Shown: positions 25,007 to 37,548, counted from the first letter of the whole stretch. The stretch: DNA of 63,212 nt, filler included, from Reclinomonas americana ATCC 50394 (GCA_048213135.1; 16 parts of 16 records of this genome joined end to end with filler, not necessarily neighbours in it); one strand, 5' to 3'. Notes: generated from the letters alone by a model not told the origin. Program-made: numbers and translations.

Positions 25007-27010
25007 ATGTATGAAGTGAGAGATACGATCAGTCGAGTGAGTCTTCGTTTTTCACACACGATGCAGCGCGAGGTGTCTTCTGGCACACTCTCATCCTCCT
25101 CCTCCTCCTCGTCGTCGTCCTTGTCGCAGCAGCGACGAGTGGCGTCAGGGTCGTCGCCTCCGTCGTCGGGAAGCGCACTGGTGGCGCCTGTGTCGTCCTT
25201 GTCTTCATCGTCATCGTCCAGTGGCAGTCGCAGTGGCGGTCGTCGCAGCAGTAGTAGAGTCAAGTGTCCTCACTGTGGAATACCTCGGTGAGAGAGGGAA
25301 GAGAGAGAAAGACACACGCGTACACACACACATACACGCACACAAGAAGCCCAGAGAAGATGAAGACTGACAAAGCAACAGAGACAAGTGCGCATTCACT
25401 CACCAATGCTCTGCCTCTCTCTCTCTCCTCCCCCACACACATGCACACACGCTCCTTTGCCGTCCACCTCTTGCCACACACTCACGCGATCAGACAACAG
25501 CGAGAACGTGTCGTCAGAGAGTGAGAGCTCGTATTCACGCTCGAATGCCCGCACAGACGCGACTTTTTCTGTGCCAGCTGTGTCAACGATCGGTGAGACA
25601 GCGCTGCTGTGCATCGTGCGCATACACGCGTGTCTGTTGACGCTGTGTTTTTTTGGTGGGCTGTAGAGCGCGCAAATGGATCCACTCTCATCGCAAGCAG
25701 ATCCGCGCTCATCGCGAGTTGGCGACGAGCATTGTGCCGAGTGTGACGGCGGTGGTGTGTCGGCAGCATATGATGCATCAGCCGAGAGCGTTGCATCGAC
25801 GTGTACGGATGCTGCGCAGTCTGGTGTGTGCGCCGGCTGTGGTGATTCCTTTGGTCGCCCTCATGCTCATCCGTGTTGTTTCTTCCGTGTGCGGTAGAGG
25901 GATTCTGTGGACAAGAAGCTGCGTGCGGCTCGGGAGAAGCACTTGGAGTTGACAACGGAGGTGAGAGCGCGGCGTGAGAGGGTGGCCTACGTGACCTCTC
26001 TGCTGCGCAAAGTCGAGGAGTCGATGCGGACGCAGACGGCTGTCAACAGGTGTGACCGATGGTGTTTAGCGTTCGTCACCGCGTCCGTTCGACTCACAGT
26101 GATACAGTCTGGCGCGCATGGAGCTGATGCGATGTAGAATACGGCAGGAGCGGGTGCAGAATGTGATTTGGTTGCTGGAGTGGGAGTGGACATGTTGCGT
26201 GGACCGCCCCCCATGCACGTGTGTTCGTGAAGCACTGACATCGACCTGTGTGGTATCGCAGCTGAACGACAACACCAGCACCAACAGCAGGCTGGCGGAA
26301 GTGCCTCTCGTCCCTCGCCACTGCACGGGAGTTTCTGCAGTCTCGGCGGGCAGCAGCTGCCACCGACGTTGCAGTCGCTGTGTGCTTTGGAGCAGCCGGA
26401 ACGGGAACACATTCTCGGCCGTCTCGGTCAGCTCGTGTCGATGTTGGCCAAGGCCGCCGAGGTGTGGGTGCCGTATGCGTTTGCGTGGACGCCAGAGGGC
26501 GGGTGTCTCACTGATGGAAGAAGGTACAGTACGCGCTTCTTCTGCCTGAATCACCGTGTGCTTACCCCTTTTTGCAGTGAAATCTATCTCCGTGGCGAGA
26601 CCGAGCAGCACATTGTGATTGCCATCTCGGCGATGCGAGCCAATGTGCACTGCATTCTCACGGCGGTGCGCACGCAAGTGCATCAGGCGCTGCAACCGGA
26701 GGAGATTCGTCTGGAGCCGATGATTGGGCGTCGGCTGGCACCCGATCGGTATCCACCCTCGTCGCGTCACGGACCACGTGCCTCGTCGTCGCCACCACAG
26801 GCCAGGAGGCGAGCCGACGCTGCGGGCGGTCTGGTGGGCGCCATGCACTTGCAGGTGCCTGTCGACATGCTGTCGCTGCTCCTGCGATCCATCCACACCA
26901 CTGTGCTCGCGCCGTCCACGGCCTCGGCCATGCGCGCCGCCCCAGGGTCTTCGTCCAAACGGAGACCGGCTGCAGCCACAGCCACAGCTGCTGCTTCGGC
27001 GGCGACGCCA
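25007..27010 (+). CDS. ATG14/UVRAG (Vps38)-like class III PI3K subunit, 3' truncated
   Basis: Spliced KCPHCGIPR/RDFFCASCVNDR (CxxC...CxxC), then a coiled coil, then ILGRLGQLVSMLAKAAEVWVPYAF...IAISAMRANVHCI, which resembles the ATG14/UVRAG C-terminal block. Confidence 0.55.
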
Positions 27011-27149
27011 NNNNNNNNNNNNNNNNNNNNNNNNNNNNNNNNNNNNNNNNNNNNTTAATTAATTAANNNNNNNNNNNNNNNNNNNNNNNNNNNNNNNNNN
27101 NNNNNNNNNNCCGGCGGAGACCGCAGCTCGAGGATATTCTGTGTGCTGA

Positions 27150-29139
27150 TCACGCGGTCTCCGTCTTGTAGCCGATGACGATCGATCCGGGATGCATGCC
27201 AGCCGGCACCGTGACGGGCTGAAGCAAATGTGCGGTGAGTGCGACGATCAGAGGAATCCCCGAGTAACTGTGCAGAGACATGTACCTCGGTGAAGCCGGC
27301 GTGCTTGTACATGCGCTCATACGCCGCCTTGCTGTACGCGTCGCCCTTGCTCGACCACGTCAACATCACCGCGCGGAAGTTACGCGTGGCCGGATTCTCC
27401 CCAGTGGGTCCCTGCGGGCAATTGTCATTCAAGTAAACAGTCGTGCATGGTTCGTGGCCACGAACCGGATACGGTCCGTCGGTGGTGGTGACCATTTCCA
27501 CGGTAACGAGAGCACCGCCTGCGATGAGCACACGAGGGAATTAGCTGGATTGCGCGCACCACACGATGAGTGGGTGGCGAGAGTCACGAACCCTTCTTCA
27601 ACGCAGTGCGGCACTTGCGCATCACCTCCACAATCTGCGCCAAGTGAGGAGTGAGATGGAGAACTGGAATTTTCAAGCGTACTACAATTCACGGACCTTG
27701 TCCTCCGGCCAGTGGTGCCAGACTGCGTGCATCTCTCAGTGTGTAAGCAACACTTGCGAACGTGCACAACACCTTCGCACACGGCACGTAACTGTTCGGA
27801 GCGAGAATGACATCAAAACTGTTCTTCGGCAGATCAATCTCCACCACGTCGCCAGGCATAAAATCGGCCCTGTCCAGCACACTCTCCGCCTCCACGCTGC
27901 GGTGATGTACGAAACAGTCAGTGTCCATGCACCGACCGGCCTTTGTGTCAATGCTACAGTGCACGTCACCGGCGTTTGGTCTCCTGCAGCACATTCTCGT
28001 AGTCGAGGTAGGTGATGCGGGCGCTCTTGAACGCCTTGGCCACCGCGATGCCGTACGCACCCGAGCCGGCGGCGATGTCGAGCACGGTGAACGCATTCGG
28101 TGTATCATACGACTGCAAACACATTCGTCAGCGACGGTGCGCTGCAACGACAGCGGGCAAGTACGCACCGTGTGCTGCTTCATGGCCTTGACCATGGCCT
28201 GCGACGGCATGCGCATCATCTCAAACGTCTCACGAGCAAACGTCACCCAGAATTCGTTGTTCGGCGTCTCCGCGTCCTTCTCCATGACAGTGCCTCCAGT
28301 GCGCACGGCATCGACCATGTGATACAAGATGGGCGTCTCGTGATTCGAGAACAGCGCAAACAAGCCACCCATGAAGTCGTCGCCTGCGTGTCGGAGAAAC
28401 GGGGAAATGAAGGAGGCGATGAGGAGGAGAAGGAAGGGGACGAGGAGGAGGAGGACGGAGTTGACCACCTCCTCGCACGAGATGAGCCGCGGCAGCAGGA
28501 GCCAGCACATAGCGCGGCGGCGATGAATCCGCTGCGCGCATGCGCACGGTCAGAAGACGCCCATTGTCCGTGTACACAGACAGCGCACACACTCACCCAC
28601 AATGCTGAGCAGATCCAGCTTGTTCCGTCGTCGACGAACGACGTCAGCAGCCGAGCACTCGAAGTAGACGGACGAGATGGCACTCACCGTGAGAAGGGAA
28701 TCTGTGAGCACCGACATACCCTTGAGTGCGGAGCCCGTCTCCGCCGCCAACTGCTCCAGTGTGAGACCATCAACGGGATTGCGATGGAGTGCCTCAAACA
28801 CGCCGAGCTCGAGTGCGGTCGACACAATCGTAAAATGCAGCTGTCCATTGGCCAAGTCAAGCACCTGGTGTTGTCATGATGAGCGCGTGTATGTGTGCGA
28901 GAGAAAAGACACAGGCGCAAGTACACCTTGAGCGCACGCGCAGGCGGCCACACTCGCGAGTATGCGTTGTAAACCACCTGTGAATGCGTGTTAGCGAGGA
29001 GAATCTCTCTCTCTCTCCATTGCACGCGCGTGTTCGTGGTACACACCATGTTGAAGGGTGGAATGGAGCACGTCACAGCCAGGCCGACAAGCACTGCGGC
29101 CGCAAGCACGAGACCCGCGCTCTTCATCGACACCATCAT
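27150..29139 (-). CDS. Class I SAM methyltransferase with dimerisation domain and N-terminal hydrophobic anchor/signal
   Basis: MKSAGLVLAAAVLVGLAV, VSTALELGVFEAL, DAVRTGGTV...EFWVTFARE, VLDIAAGSGAYGIAVA, FMPGDV, FDVILAPN/xWHHW, YERMYKHAGF. TGA at 27150-27152. Confidence 0.85.
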
Positions 29140-29345
29140 GGCAATTTCGTTCACCAAATCAATGTCCCGCAAGCACAGCTGCGTGCGAGCTTCGTTACCG
29201 TGCGGTGCCTCGGCTGCATCAACTGTTGAGAACATGTGACTTCCCACTCCCCTTCTCCGTCGACGTCAAGCACATATCGAGCTCGTGCATAAAGAGGATG
29301 TAAGTCGTCCTCTTGGAGAGTCCCCCTGATTGCAGATTGTGTGTG

Positions 29346-29386
<41 letters not shown>

Positions 29387-29431
29387 ATGTGCTATAACAG
29401 TGACTCTCGCCTCAGGCTTGACAGGAATGGT

Positions 29432-29659
29432 TTATTCAGGCCTTTCTGCACTTGCCGCATTCTTCACAGTTGCGGCATCCTTGTGCTGCAGCTGCCTCGC
29501 GGCAAGAACGGACTCCTTTGCTCTCTTCATCATCTTCTCAACATCAGCAGCGTGCTGCTCCATGCGTTTACGAAACAGAGCCATTGTGCGATGGATACTG
29601 TCTTCTGCGGCTGCGGCCTCGGCAATGCGGTACAGTCGCAGCGCGCCGCGACTGGTCAT
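29432..29659 (-). CDS. Possible small helical protein (~75 aa)
   Basis: MTSRGALRLYRIAEAAAAEDSIHRTMALFRKRMEQHAADVEKMMK...; supported by composition only. Confidence 0.3.
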   Translation of the reverse strand: MTSRGALRLYRIAEAAAAEDSIHRTMALFRKRMEQHAADVEKMMKRAKESVLAARQLQHKDAATVKNAASAERPE

Positions 29660-29851
29660 ATGATAGGTACACGCTGCGTGAGCTCTCGCAGCGCGTGCGT
29701 TTTGCAGTTTCTTCGACCCGTTGTTTACATAATCAGTGTCCCACGTGCAGCAGAGACATGTTGCCAGCGCGGTGCTCCGCAGCTGAACTGGTAGTGGAGA
29801 TCGCACGTCTCGCCTCACGGACGTCAAGAACTCACAGCACTTAAAAAACTG

Positions 29852-32017
29852 TGCATGTAAGTCGTTCGCGAGCGTCCTGGTACTCCATTCTCAGTACCAA
29901 CCCGCACCAACAGCGCGCTGACTGCGGCGTGAGAGTGAGTGAGTGTGTGTGCCATGCTCGTTCGCTTGCTGTGCAACCGTCTCGTTGTGGCGCGGTCTCC
30001 GACACTGCGACTCAGTTCCGTGTGTGGGGTCTCCTTGCACGTTGTCTCTTCACCGCTTCGCTTCCTCACTTTGACCTCCGCAATCCCTTGCTTGTACGAC
30101 ATAACACCAGAGCCAGCCTTCACTCCTGCTGTGCGTGCTGTCCATGGGAACGCTGCGCCACTGCCTGGTGTGGGAAGCGGTTTGTTTGTGTAATTAATTG
30201 TACGACTTTATCCAACTCTACTTGTACTGATTCACTCGGCTCTCAGCAGCTATCTCCAGCGGCAGCGGCAGCGGAGGGAATGCTGGCACTGGCAAAGTCA
30301 TGTGGACAGGTACTTTTTTTACTTTACACAAGGCAGACGTCGATGTTGAATGTTTGTGNNNNNNNNNNNNNNNNNNNNNNNNNNNNNNNNNNNNNNNNNN
30401 NNTTAATTAATTAANNNNNNNNNNNNNNNNNNNNNNNNNNNNNNNNNNNNNNNNNNNNTTTGGTACCTTTGGGGACAGTGATAGTACGGCACCTGCTGCA
30501 GCCTCCGCAGTGGATTGCTATGATTGTCTCACTTACTGTATCACAGAGGCAACTGAAAAGGCCATGGCACAGTGGTTGGTGTGGCCTTTTGTGGCAGGCA
30601 CGGACCAGTACGCGGGTTTGTGTGAATATGCTTGTCCGACGAGAAGTCTGCGCGTGCTTTGCCATGCCAACTGATCAGATGCTCCATTAGAGATCAACAA
30701 CGTGATCGATGCCGCAAGGGTCATCGCATCTGCGGCCGCAGTGTACAAGAAGCACGTCGGTGAACAGGCCCGACCGGTGTTTGTGATTGACGGCATCAAC
30801 CAGATCCGTGGCGAAGTACGTGCAATGTTTTTCCACGACTCACTGCGTTCACTGTCTGACTTGGAGATTGTTTACAGGCCATGTCTATGTTCGTGGGCTT
30901 CTTGAAGTCCATCAGCAGCTCAGTTCAGGTGGTGCTGGTGTTGAGTGGACGCCACGCGCTGCCGTTGCTGAGTTGCGCCTGCATGCCATGTGTTCACCTG
31001 TCATGAATTCATGAGCTGACCAGTGAGACCATGGCAGAGGAGCACGCAAGGGGAGAGTGGACGTACTTCGATGAGGTTCAGTGGCCGGACTTGACGAAGG
31101 AAGATTGCATGGAGGTCCTTGAGCTCTTCAGTCCGAAGATGTCGCCGAAGGCTCGACAGTTTGTGGTGGATGTGGCGTGCGATAACATGGGTCTGGTTCA
31201 GGAGATTGTTGCCCGTTTCAATGCTCGTTGGAGGCAGGACGGTGAGATTATTGCGCTGATTTGTCTTTATCAGAATTGAGTGAGGGAGGTTTCATGACGG
31301 TGTGGTGCGCGCAGGCGATGAGGTGGAGCTTGTCTCGTGGATTGTTCGCGATGTGTTGGAGAGGGAGATCGCCGCGTCCCGTCTCAATTTCATTCACCTG
31401 TTGCACGCACCGTATGGTTGGCTTCTTGCGAAGGCGCTGTGCGATGAGTGCAACAAGAACAACAGCCAGAACGATTCAGCCGGCGGCGCACCCGGTGGAC
31501 GTGAGAGGATCCCACCAACAGCATCTCTCCCAAGTGAAACTGTCGCAGGTGTTCTCCTTCGACAGTGGATGGGTGAGCTTGGCGAGCTCCACCAAGGCGA
31601 CCGAGTCGATGAAGTTTTTGAGGCATTGACGCACAGCCGCAATGGACAAGTTTTCAGGCAAGTTGGCGATCGAGTGCAACTGCACTCTCAAGCCATGCAA
31701 CACTTCCTGTGCGGCGACAAGAAGCTGTTGGAGAAGTACGCGCACACACGGCAGGCATTGATCGGGGGCGGGAGCGGTATGCTTGAACGCTGCGTCCAGT
31801 AGTTACCACATGCTGTATGCATGTTGTATGTTTGGGATGCATGTGGCGATCATGTTTGCTGACTTTTGAATACGAGCAGAGAGGGCGCGCGACATGAGGG
31901 AGGACCCCAAGGTGGCTGCAACTCGCGTCAACGTTGGACTTCGACAGCCTCAGGCCATTGAGTCGCATGCATCTTGACGCTCTCCGGCTGAGTGTGATGA
32001 TCAGTTGCAGTGTATGC
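29852..32017 (+). repeat. Segmental direct repeat, copy A
   Basis: Near-identical to 32967-35134, from TGCATGTAAGTCGTTCGCGAG to CAGTTGCAGTGTATGC. Confidence 0.95.
29954..31802 (+). CDS. P-loop ATPase-like protein, copy A, putative mitochondrial targeting peptide (middle hidden by linker)
   Basis: N-terminus MLVRLLCNRLVVARSPTLRLSS is R/S/L-rich with no acidic residues. Walker-B-like RPVFVIDGINQI and VQVVLVLSG follow. Walker A is not visible and is presumably in the gap. TAG at 31800-31802. Confidence 0.6.
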
Positions 32018-32966
32018 CGCCGAGTGCAGGTGCGAGGCATCACAGGTCCATCCAGAGTGGCAGCGCATTTACTGATCATGAGGGCACCGATCTATGGGAG
32101 ACTCCAACCTGTGGCTGACCGTCCTCGTCATTGAGACGGCAACCAACCTGTTCATCTGCGCGCGCAAGAGGTTGCACACAGGAGGATTGCATGACTTGAC
32201 AGTGGACAAACTGAACTCTCTCCAGATAGGATCCGATCCCGCAGCGGATCCCATCCACTGATCATCTCTTCAACAGCATAAGACACGGGCAACGCGCACA
32301 AGCAAGTCGATATCAACGCCGCAACACCTTTCCTTTGGCTATTGCAGTTGTGTTTATCTGTACATGCATGCCAAGACAAGACAGAGAATCGTTGCCTCCA
32401 CGATCAGCGGAGACACTGCTGCGCCTCTACTTCCCTCATCACTGTGGACCGAGAGTCTTTGTTTTTCCTCCGTGGCTTCTTCTTGTTGCAACCCCACAGC
32501 GCTGTTCGTTGCGTTGCGTGTTGTCCTTTGTGACGCGTTACACACACTCTCACACCAGCACACTCCCTCTCTCTGTCTCTCTTTCTCTCTCACACACACA
32601 CATGCACACACTGCGTTTCTCGCACGCACGCGCGCAAGCTAGTGTGCACACCGAGATACTCATTCATCAATCACTCACGCTGCCATCAATCCTTCCAGCC
32701 GCAGGCGCTTCTCGATCGCATTGCTGGGCTGAATGAGGACCACGCGATTCTGCTCGCACGGCATCGATGCAGAGGAGAAGACAGGTTCGCCTTCACCGCA
32801 GCGGTACCGCTGCGCATCATTCAATCGTACACATGCGACGCGACGCCTTCAAGCTTGCAGTAGTGCTCGCTGAATTCGCCGCTTGGTGCAACGACTCAAC
32901 TCAGGGCACACTCACGTGCACCGCTTCTCCGTAGGCGTAGCACGTAAGAACCGGAGGATGTATGTA

Positions 32967-35134
32967 TGCATGTAAGTCGTTCGCGAGCGTCCTGGTACTC
33001 CATTCTCAGTTACCAACCCGCACCAACAGCGCGCTGACTGCGGCGTGAGAGTGAGTGAGTGTGTGTACCATGCTCGTTCGCTTGCTGTGCAACCGTCTCG
33101 TTGTGGCGCGGTCTCCGACACTGCGACTCAGTTCCGTGTGTGGGGTCTCCTTGCACGTTGTCTCTTCACCGCTTCGCTTCCTCACTTTGACCTCCGCAAT
33201 CCCTTGCTTGTACGACATAACACCAGAGCCAGCCTTCACTCCTGCTGTGCGTGCTGTCCATGGGAACGCTGCGCCACTGCCTGGTGTGGGAAGCGGTTTG
33301 TTTGTGTAATTAATTGTACGACTTTATCCAACTCTACTTGTACTGATTCACTCGGCTCTCAGCAGCTATCTCCAGCGGCAGCGGCAGCGGAGGCGGCGGC
33401 GGAGGGAATGCTGGCACTGGCAAAGTCATGTGGACAGGTACTTTTTTTTACTTTACACAAGGCAGACGTCGACGTTGAANNNNNNNNNNNNNNNNNNNNN
33501 NNNNNNNNNNNNNNNNNNNNNNNTTAATTAATTAANNNNNNNNNNNNNNNNNNNNNNNNNNNNNNNNNNNNNNNNNNNNGCCCGTTGCCTTCGAGAATAG
33601 CAGTGGTACGGCACCTGCTGCATCGTACGCAGTGGATCGCAAATTTTGTCTCAAGTGCTTCTTATCCAGAGGCAACCAGCGAGAGAATGGGCCAGTGGCT
33701 GGTCAGACCTTTCTTGGAAGGCACGGAGCGTCGCGGAGGTACGTTCGCTTGTCTGCTGAGAAGTCTGCTGTGCATCAAGTCACTGATTAGATGCCGTCAG
33801 AGATCACGAACGTCGACGAGGCTGCGACGTTCATCGCATCTGCGGCCGCAGAGTACGAGAAGCACATCGGTGAACCCGCCCGACCAGTGTTTGTGATTGA
33901 TGACGTCAACCAGATTCGTGGCGAAGTACGTGCAATGTTTTCCACGACTCCCTGCGATCCCTGCCTGACTTGGAGATTGGTTGCAGGCCATGTCTATGTT
34001 TATGGGCTTCTTGAAGGTCATCAGCAGCTCAGTTCAGGTGGTGCTGATGTTGAACGGACGCGGCGCACTGCCGTTGCTGAGTTGCGTCTGCCCTGCATGT
34101 CATGTGTTCGCCTGTCATGACTTCATGAGCTGACCAGTGAGACCATGGCAGAGGAGCACGCAAGGGGAGAGTGGACGTACTTCGATGAGGTCCAGTGGCC
34201 TGACTTGACGAAGGAAGATTGCATGGAGGTCCTTGAGCTCTTCAGTCCGAAGATGTCGCCGAAGGCTCGACAGTTTGTGGCGGATGTGGCGGGCGACAAC
34301 CTGCGTCTGGTTAGGCGGGTTGCTGTCCGTTTCAATGCTCGTCGGAGGCAGGACGGTGAGATTATTGTGCTGATTTGTCTTTATCAGATTTGAGTGAGGG
34401 AGGTTTCATGACGGTGTGGTGCGCGCAGGTGATGAGGTGGAGCTTGTCTCGTGGATTGTTCGCGATGTGTTGGAGAGAGAGATCGCCGCATCGAGTATTG
34501 ATGCGATTGACCTGTTGCACGCACCGTATGGTTGGCTTCTCGCGAAGGCGCTGTGCGCTGAGTGCAACAAGAACAACAGCCAGAACGAGTCAGCCGGCGG
34601 CACACCCGGAGGACGTGAGAGGATCCCACCAACAGCATCTCTCCCAAGTGGAACAGTCGCCAAAGTTCTCCTTCGACAGTGGATGGGTGAGCTTGGCGAG
34701 CAACAAGGCGGCCGCAGAGAAGCTGTTTTTGAGGCATTGACGCACAGCAGCAGTGGACAAGTTTTCAGGCAAGTTGGCGATCGAGTGCAACTGCACTCTC
34801 AAGCCATGCAACACTTCCTGTGCGGCGACAAGAAGCTGTTGGAGAAGTACGCGCACACGCAGCAGGCATTGATCGGGGGCGGGAGCGGTATGCTTGAACG
34901 CTGCGTCCAGTAGTTACCACATGCTGTATGCATGTTGTATGTTTGAGATGCATGCGGCGGTCATGTACATGTTTGCTGACTTTTGAATACGAGCAGAGAG
35001 GGCGCGCGACATGAGGGAGGACCCCAAGGTGGCTGCAACTCGCGTCATGGTTGGACTTCGACAGCCTCAGGCCATTGAGTCGCATGCATCTTGACGCTCT
35101 CCGGCTGAGTGTGATGATCAGTTGCAGTGTATGC
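32967..35134 (+). repeat. Segmental direct repeat, copy B
   Basis: Near-identical to 29852-32017; the copies are separated by a ~950 bp unique spacer. Confidence 0.95.
33070..34913 (+). CDS. P-loop ATPase-like protein, copy B
   Basis: Same exon structure as copy A, with RPVFVIDDVNQI. TAG at 34911-34913. Confidence 0.6.
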
Positions 35135-35481
35135 AGCACTTTTCTCCCAGAATTCACAGCTCAGACTCTGAATACACATCTATACGATCTTCCACGCACT
35201 TCGCGGCATGTGCCTCGTTGCAATCGTGTCCAGATTCTTTATCTGTCCCGTCCATATTCTCTCTCGCGAGCACACATTCGCCACGTGGCCACGAAAAAAT
35301 CCGCGCTTGCGTGTGAGCAAAGTATTCCACGCGACACAAGGTGCGTGTACACACCCGTGCACAGTGTCACGCACGCACACGCAGAAGGACACTTGGCTTT
35401 CTGTATTGCTGCGTGTGTGCGTGAGAGAGAGAAGAGCGTGGCGTCCGTTCTCACACAAGAGAAACTCTGTTTGGCGCAGTG

Positions 35482-35956
35482 ATGAGCGTGTTAGGCGATG
35501 GTACCCCCAGCGACGATGATCCCGTGCTGGTGGAGATGAGTGAGCTGTCAATTCACACCAGTGGAAAGGTGCGTCTCTCTCTGTGTGAGTGAGCAGTGTC
35601 GGTGATCGATCATGCGCCACGTGTCTGACACAAGAATAGCACAGATTGGCAAAGTCGGTCCGCAGACGCGATCGGCCTACGAGGCACTGCTCAGTGCGCT
35701 GCGCTCTTCCTCTTCTTCTTCCTCCTCTGTGGCATCGCAGCAAAAGGCGATGGCGAGTGGTGGTGCAGTGCCACGACGATGGCTGTGCGACTATGAGATC
35801 CGCGTGCATCGGGGAGTTGAGTATGCCGCGCATCGATATCGCGAGGGCAAACTGCTGGCGCCACCCAACGATGGTAAGAGTGTGTGGATTCCCACTGGTG
35901 GTACGAGCAACGCGACTGATCAATGCGTGGCAGAGAGTGGCGAGGTGTCGGTGGAA
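35482..35956 (+). CDS. Hypothetical protein, 3' truncated
   Basis: MSVLGDGTPSDDDPVLVEMSELSIHTSGK/IGKVGPQTRSAYEALL...DYEIRVHRGVEYAAHRYREGKLLAPPND, with a plausible GT-AG intron. Family not recognised. Confidence 0.5.
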
Positions 35957-36153
35957 NNNNNNNNNNNNNNNNNNNNNNNNNNNNNNNNNNNNNNNNNNNN
36001 TTAATTAATTAANNNNNNNNNNNNNNNNNNNNNNNNNNNNNNNNNNNNNNNNNNNNAAGAGCGACAGAGAGCGACAGCGACAAGCAAGAGCGACAGCTGA
36101 AATCAGCAGCGGAGGCAGAGGTCTTGCAAATGAGTAACATGTCGCATGCACAG

Positions 36154-37548
36154 GTTCATGCTCGGTTCCGGCGAGAATCGCTGTATCGTGCTGTACGACA
36201 CGCTGGTGGAGCGACTGGAAGAGGATGAAGTCGTGGCCATTGTGGGAACCGAGCTGGCGCATGCACTGCATAATCGTTGAGTGGGCTGCGACGCGCTAAG
36301 GAATGCTCGGTCAGTCATGTTGCTCATCTTTGCGCCGCCTGACACAGATCCACTGAAGGAGACACTGGTGCAAGTGGCCACCACGGCGTTGTTCGTGTTT
36401 ATTTTCCGGTTCATTGTGCACAACCCGCAGTGGCTGCACGAGTTTGTCGCGCCGGCAAATGATGTTGCGTGTGGGATAGAGAGGGAAGGAGGGGCACTTG
36501 AGGAAGAGCGCCATGGGCGTCTGTGTGCGTGACAGAGTGTTACGGATGAGACTGTGGAGAGTTTCTGCGTGTGCGAGGTGAGAGGCACGTGTGGAAGAGC
36601 GATGTGGCAGTCTGTGTGCGTGACAGAGTGTTACGGATGAGACTGTGGAGAGTTGCTGCGTGTGGGTGAGGAGGTGGTAGTCACGTGTTAGAAGAGCGAG
36701 GAGGTGGAAGAGCGATGTGTGTGTGTGTTCGGGACACTGTGATTGCTTGCAGAAAGAACGCACGGTTTTGTTTTCGAGACAGGGTTACAGAAGAGACTTA
36801 GAGACTGTCTGCGTCTGTGGCTTGTAGGAAGGACGACATAGCCGGCTGTGTTCGGGACAGAGTGTTACAGATGAGATCGTGTCACGTCTGCATGTGGGTG
36901 AGGTGGGAGTCACGTACAGGAAGAACCACAAGGCTGAGTGTGTTCGGGACATTGCGATAGCTTGCAGAAAGAAACAACATGGCGAGCTGTGCTCGTGGCA
37001 GAGTGTTACAGATGCGTGTCACGACAGGGGAGTTTGTGCGAGGAGAACGTGTGTTTTGCGCCCTCATTCGAAAGCACTGCGTTGTTCACTCTCTTCCATC
37101 GTGCCCCCACGCAGCCGTCGGTGGCGCTCGTCGTCTTTGGCTACCTGTACGGCTCATTAGGCTCGCTCGTCAACTGGATCAGCCACGCCATCTCCAGAGA
37201 GTTGCGCCCGTGTAATTCGTACGTGAGTTGACGAGAATCAATTCTCTCCTAAAACACGCGAATACCAGATTTGTGTACACGGCCGACGCGTATGCCGCCA
37301 ACATGGGCCTCGACGTGGAGACCTCGATCATCAAGCTGCACGTGGCCAACGTGGGCGACGTGGTGGTCGACGATCTCTACTCCAAGTACCACTCCTCGTA
37401 CCCCTCACTGCTGGAGCGCCTCACGCACTTGCATCGACTAAGACCGACTCGGCGAGCAGGAGTCGGCCCACTGTCGTCGCCACCGACTCCCGACGCAGTG
37501 GCCGCGGGTGCACCGGCCGAGTTTGTCAGCAAGAGCAAGGCGGAGTGA
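36154..37548 (+). CDS. STE24: STE24/ZMPSTE24 (peptidase M48)-like protein with degenerate active site, 5' truncated
   Basis: FMLGSGENRCIVLYDTL...EDEVVAIVGTELAH, ISRE/FVYTADAYA, SIIKLHVANVG...DDLYSKYHSSYPSLLERL. C-terminal KSKAE fits a KxKxx motif. Confidence 0.8.
36490..37060. repeat. Degenerate intronic minisatellite
   Basis: Recurrent CAGAGTGTTAC(G/A)GATG (about 36533, 36624, 36858, 36999), TGTGTTCGGGACA (x3) and GCTTGCAGAAAGAA (x2). The first two units are ~90 bp apart. All lie inside intron 36464-37114. Confidence 0.8.

Noticed and set aside
32018..32966. Possible gene in the spacer between the duplicated copies
   Set aside because: Only short frames with stops and no recognisable domain.
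36490..37060. Repeat-spacer-like pattern resembling a CRISPR array
   Set aside because: The repeats are degenerate and irregularly spaced, the intervening sequences resemble each other, the array lies in a spliceosomal intron, and there are no cas genes.
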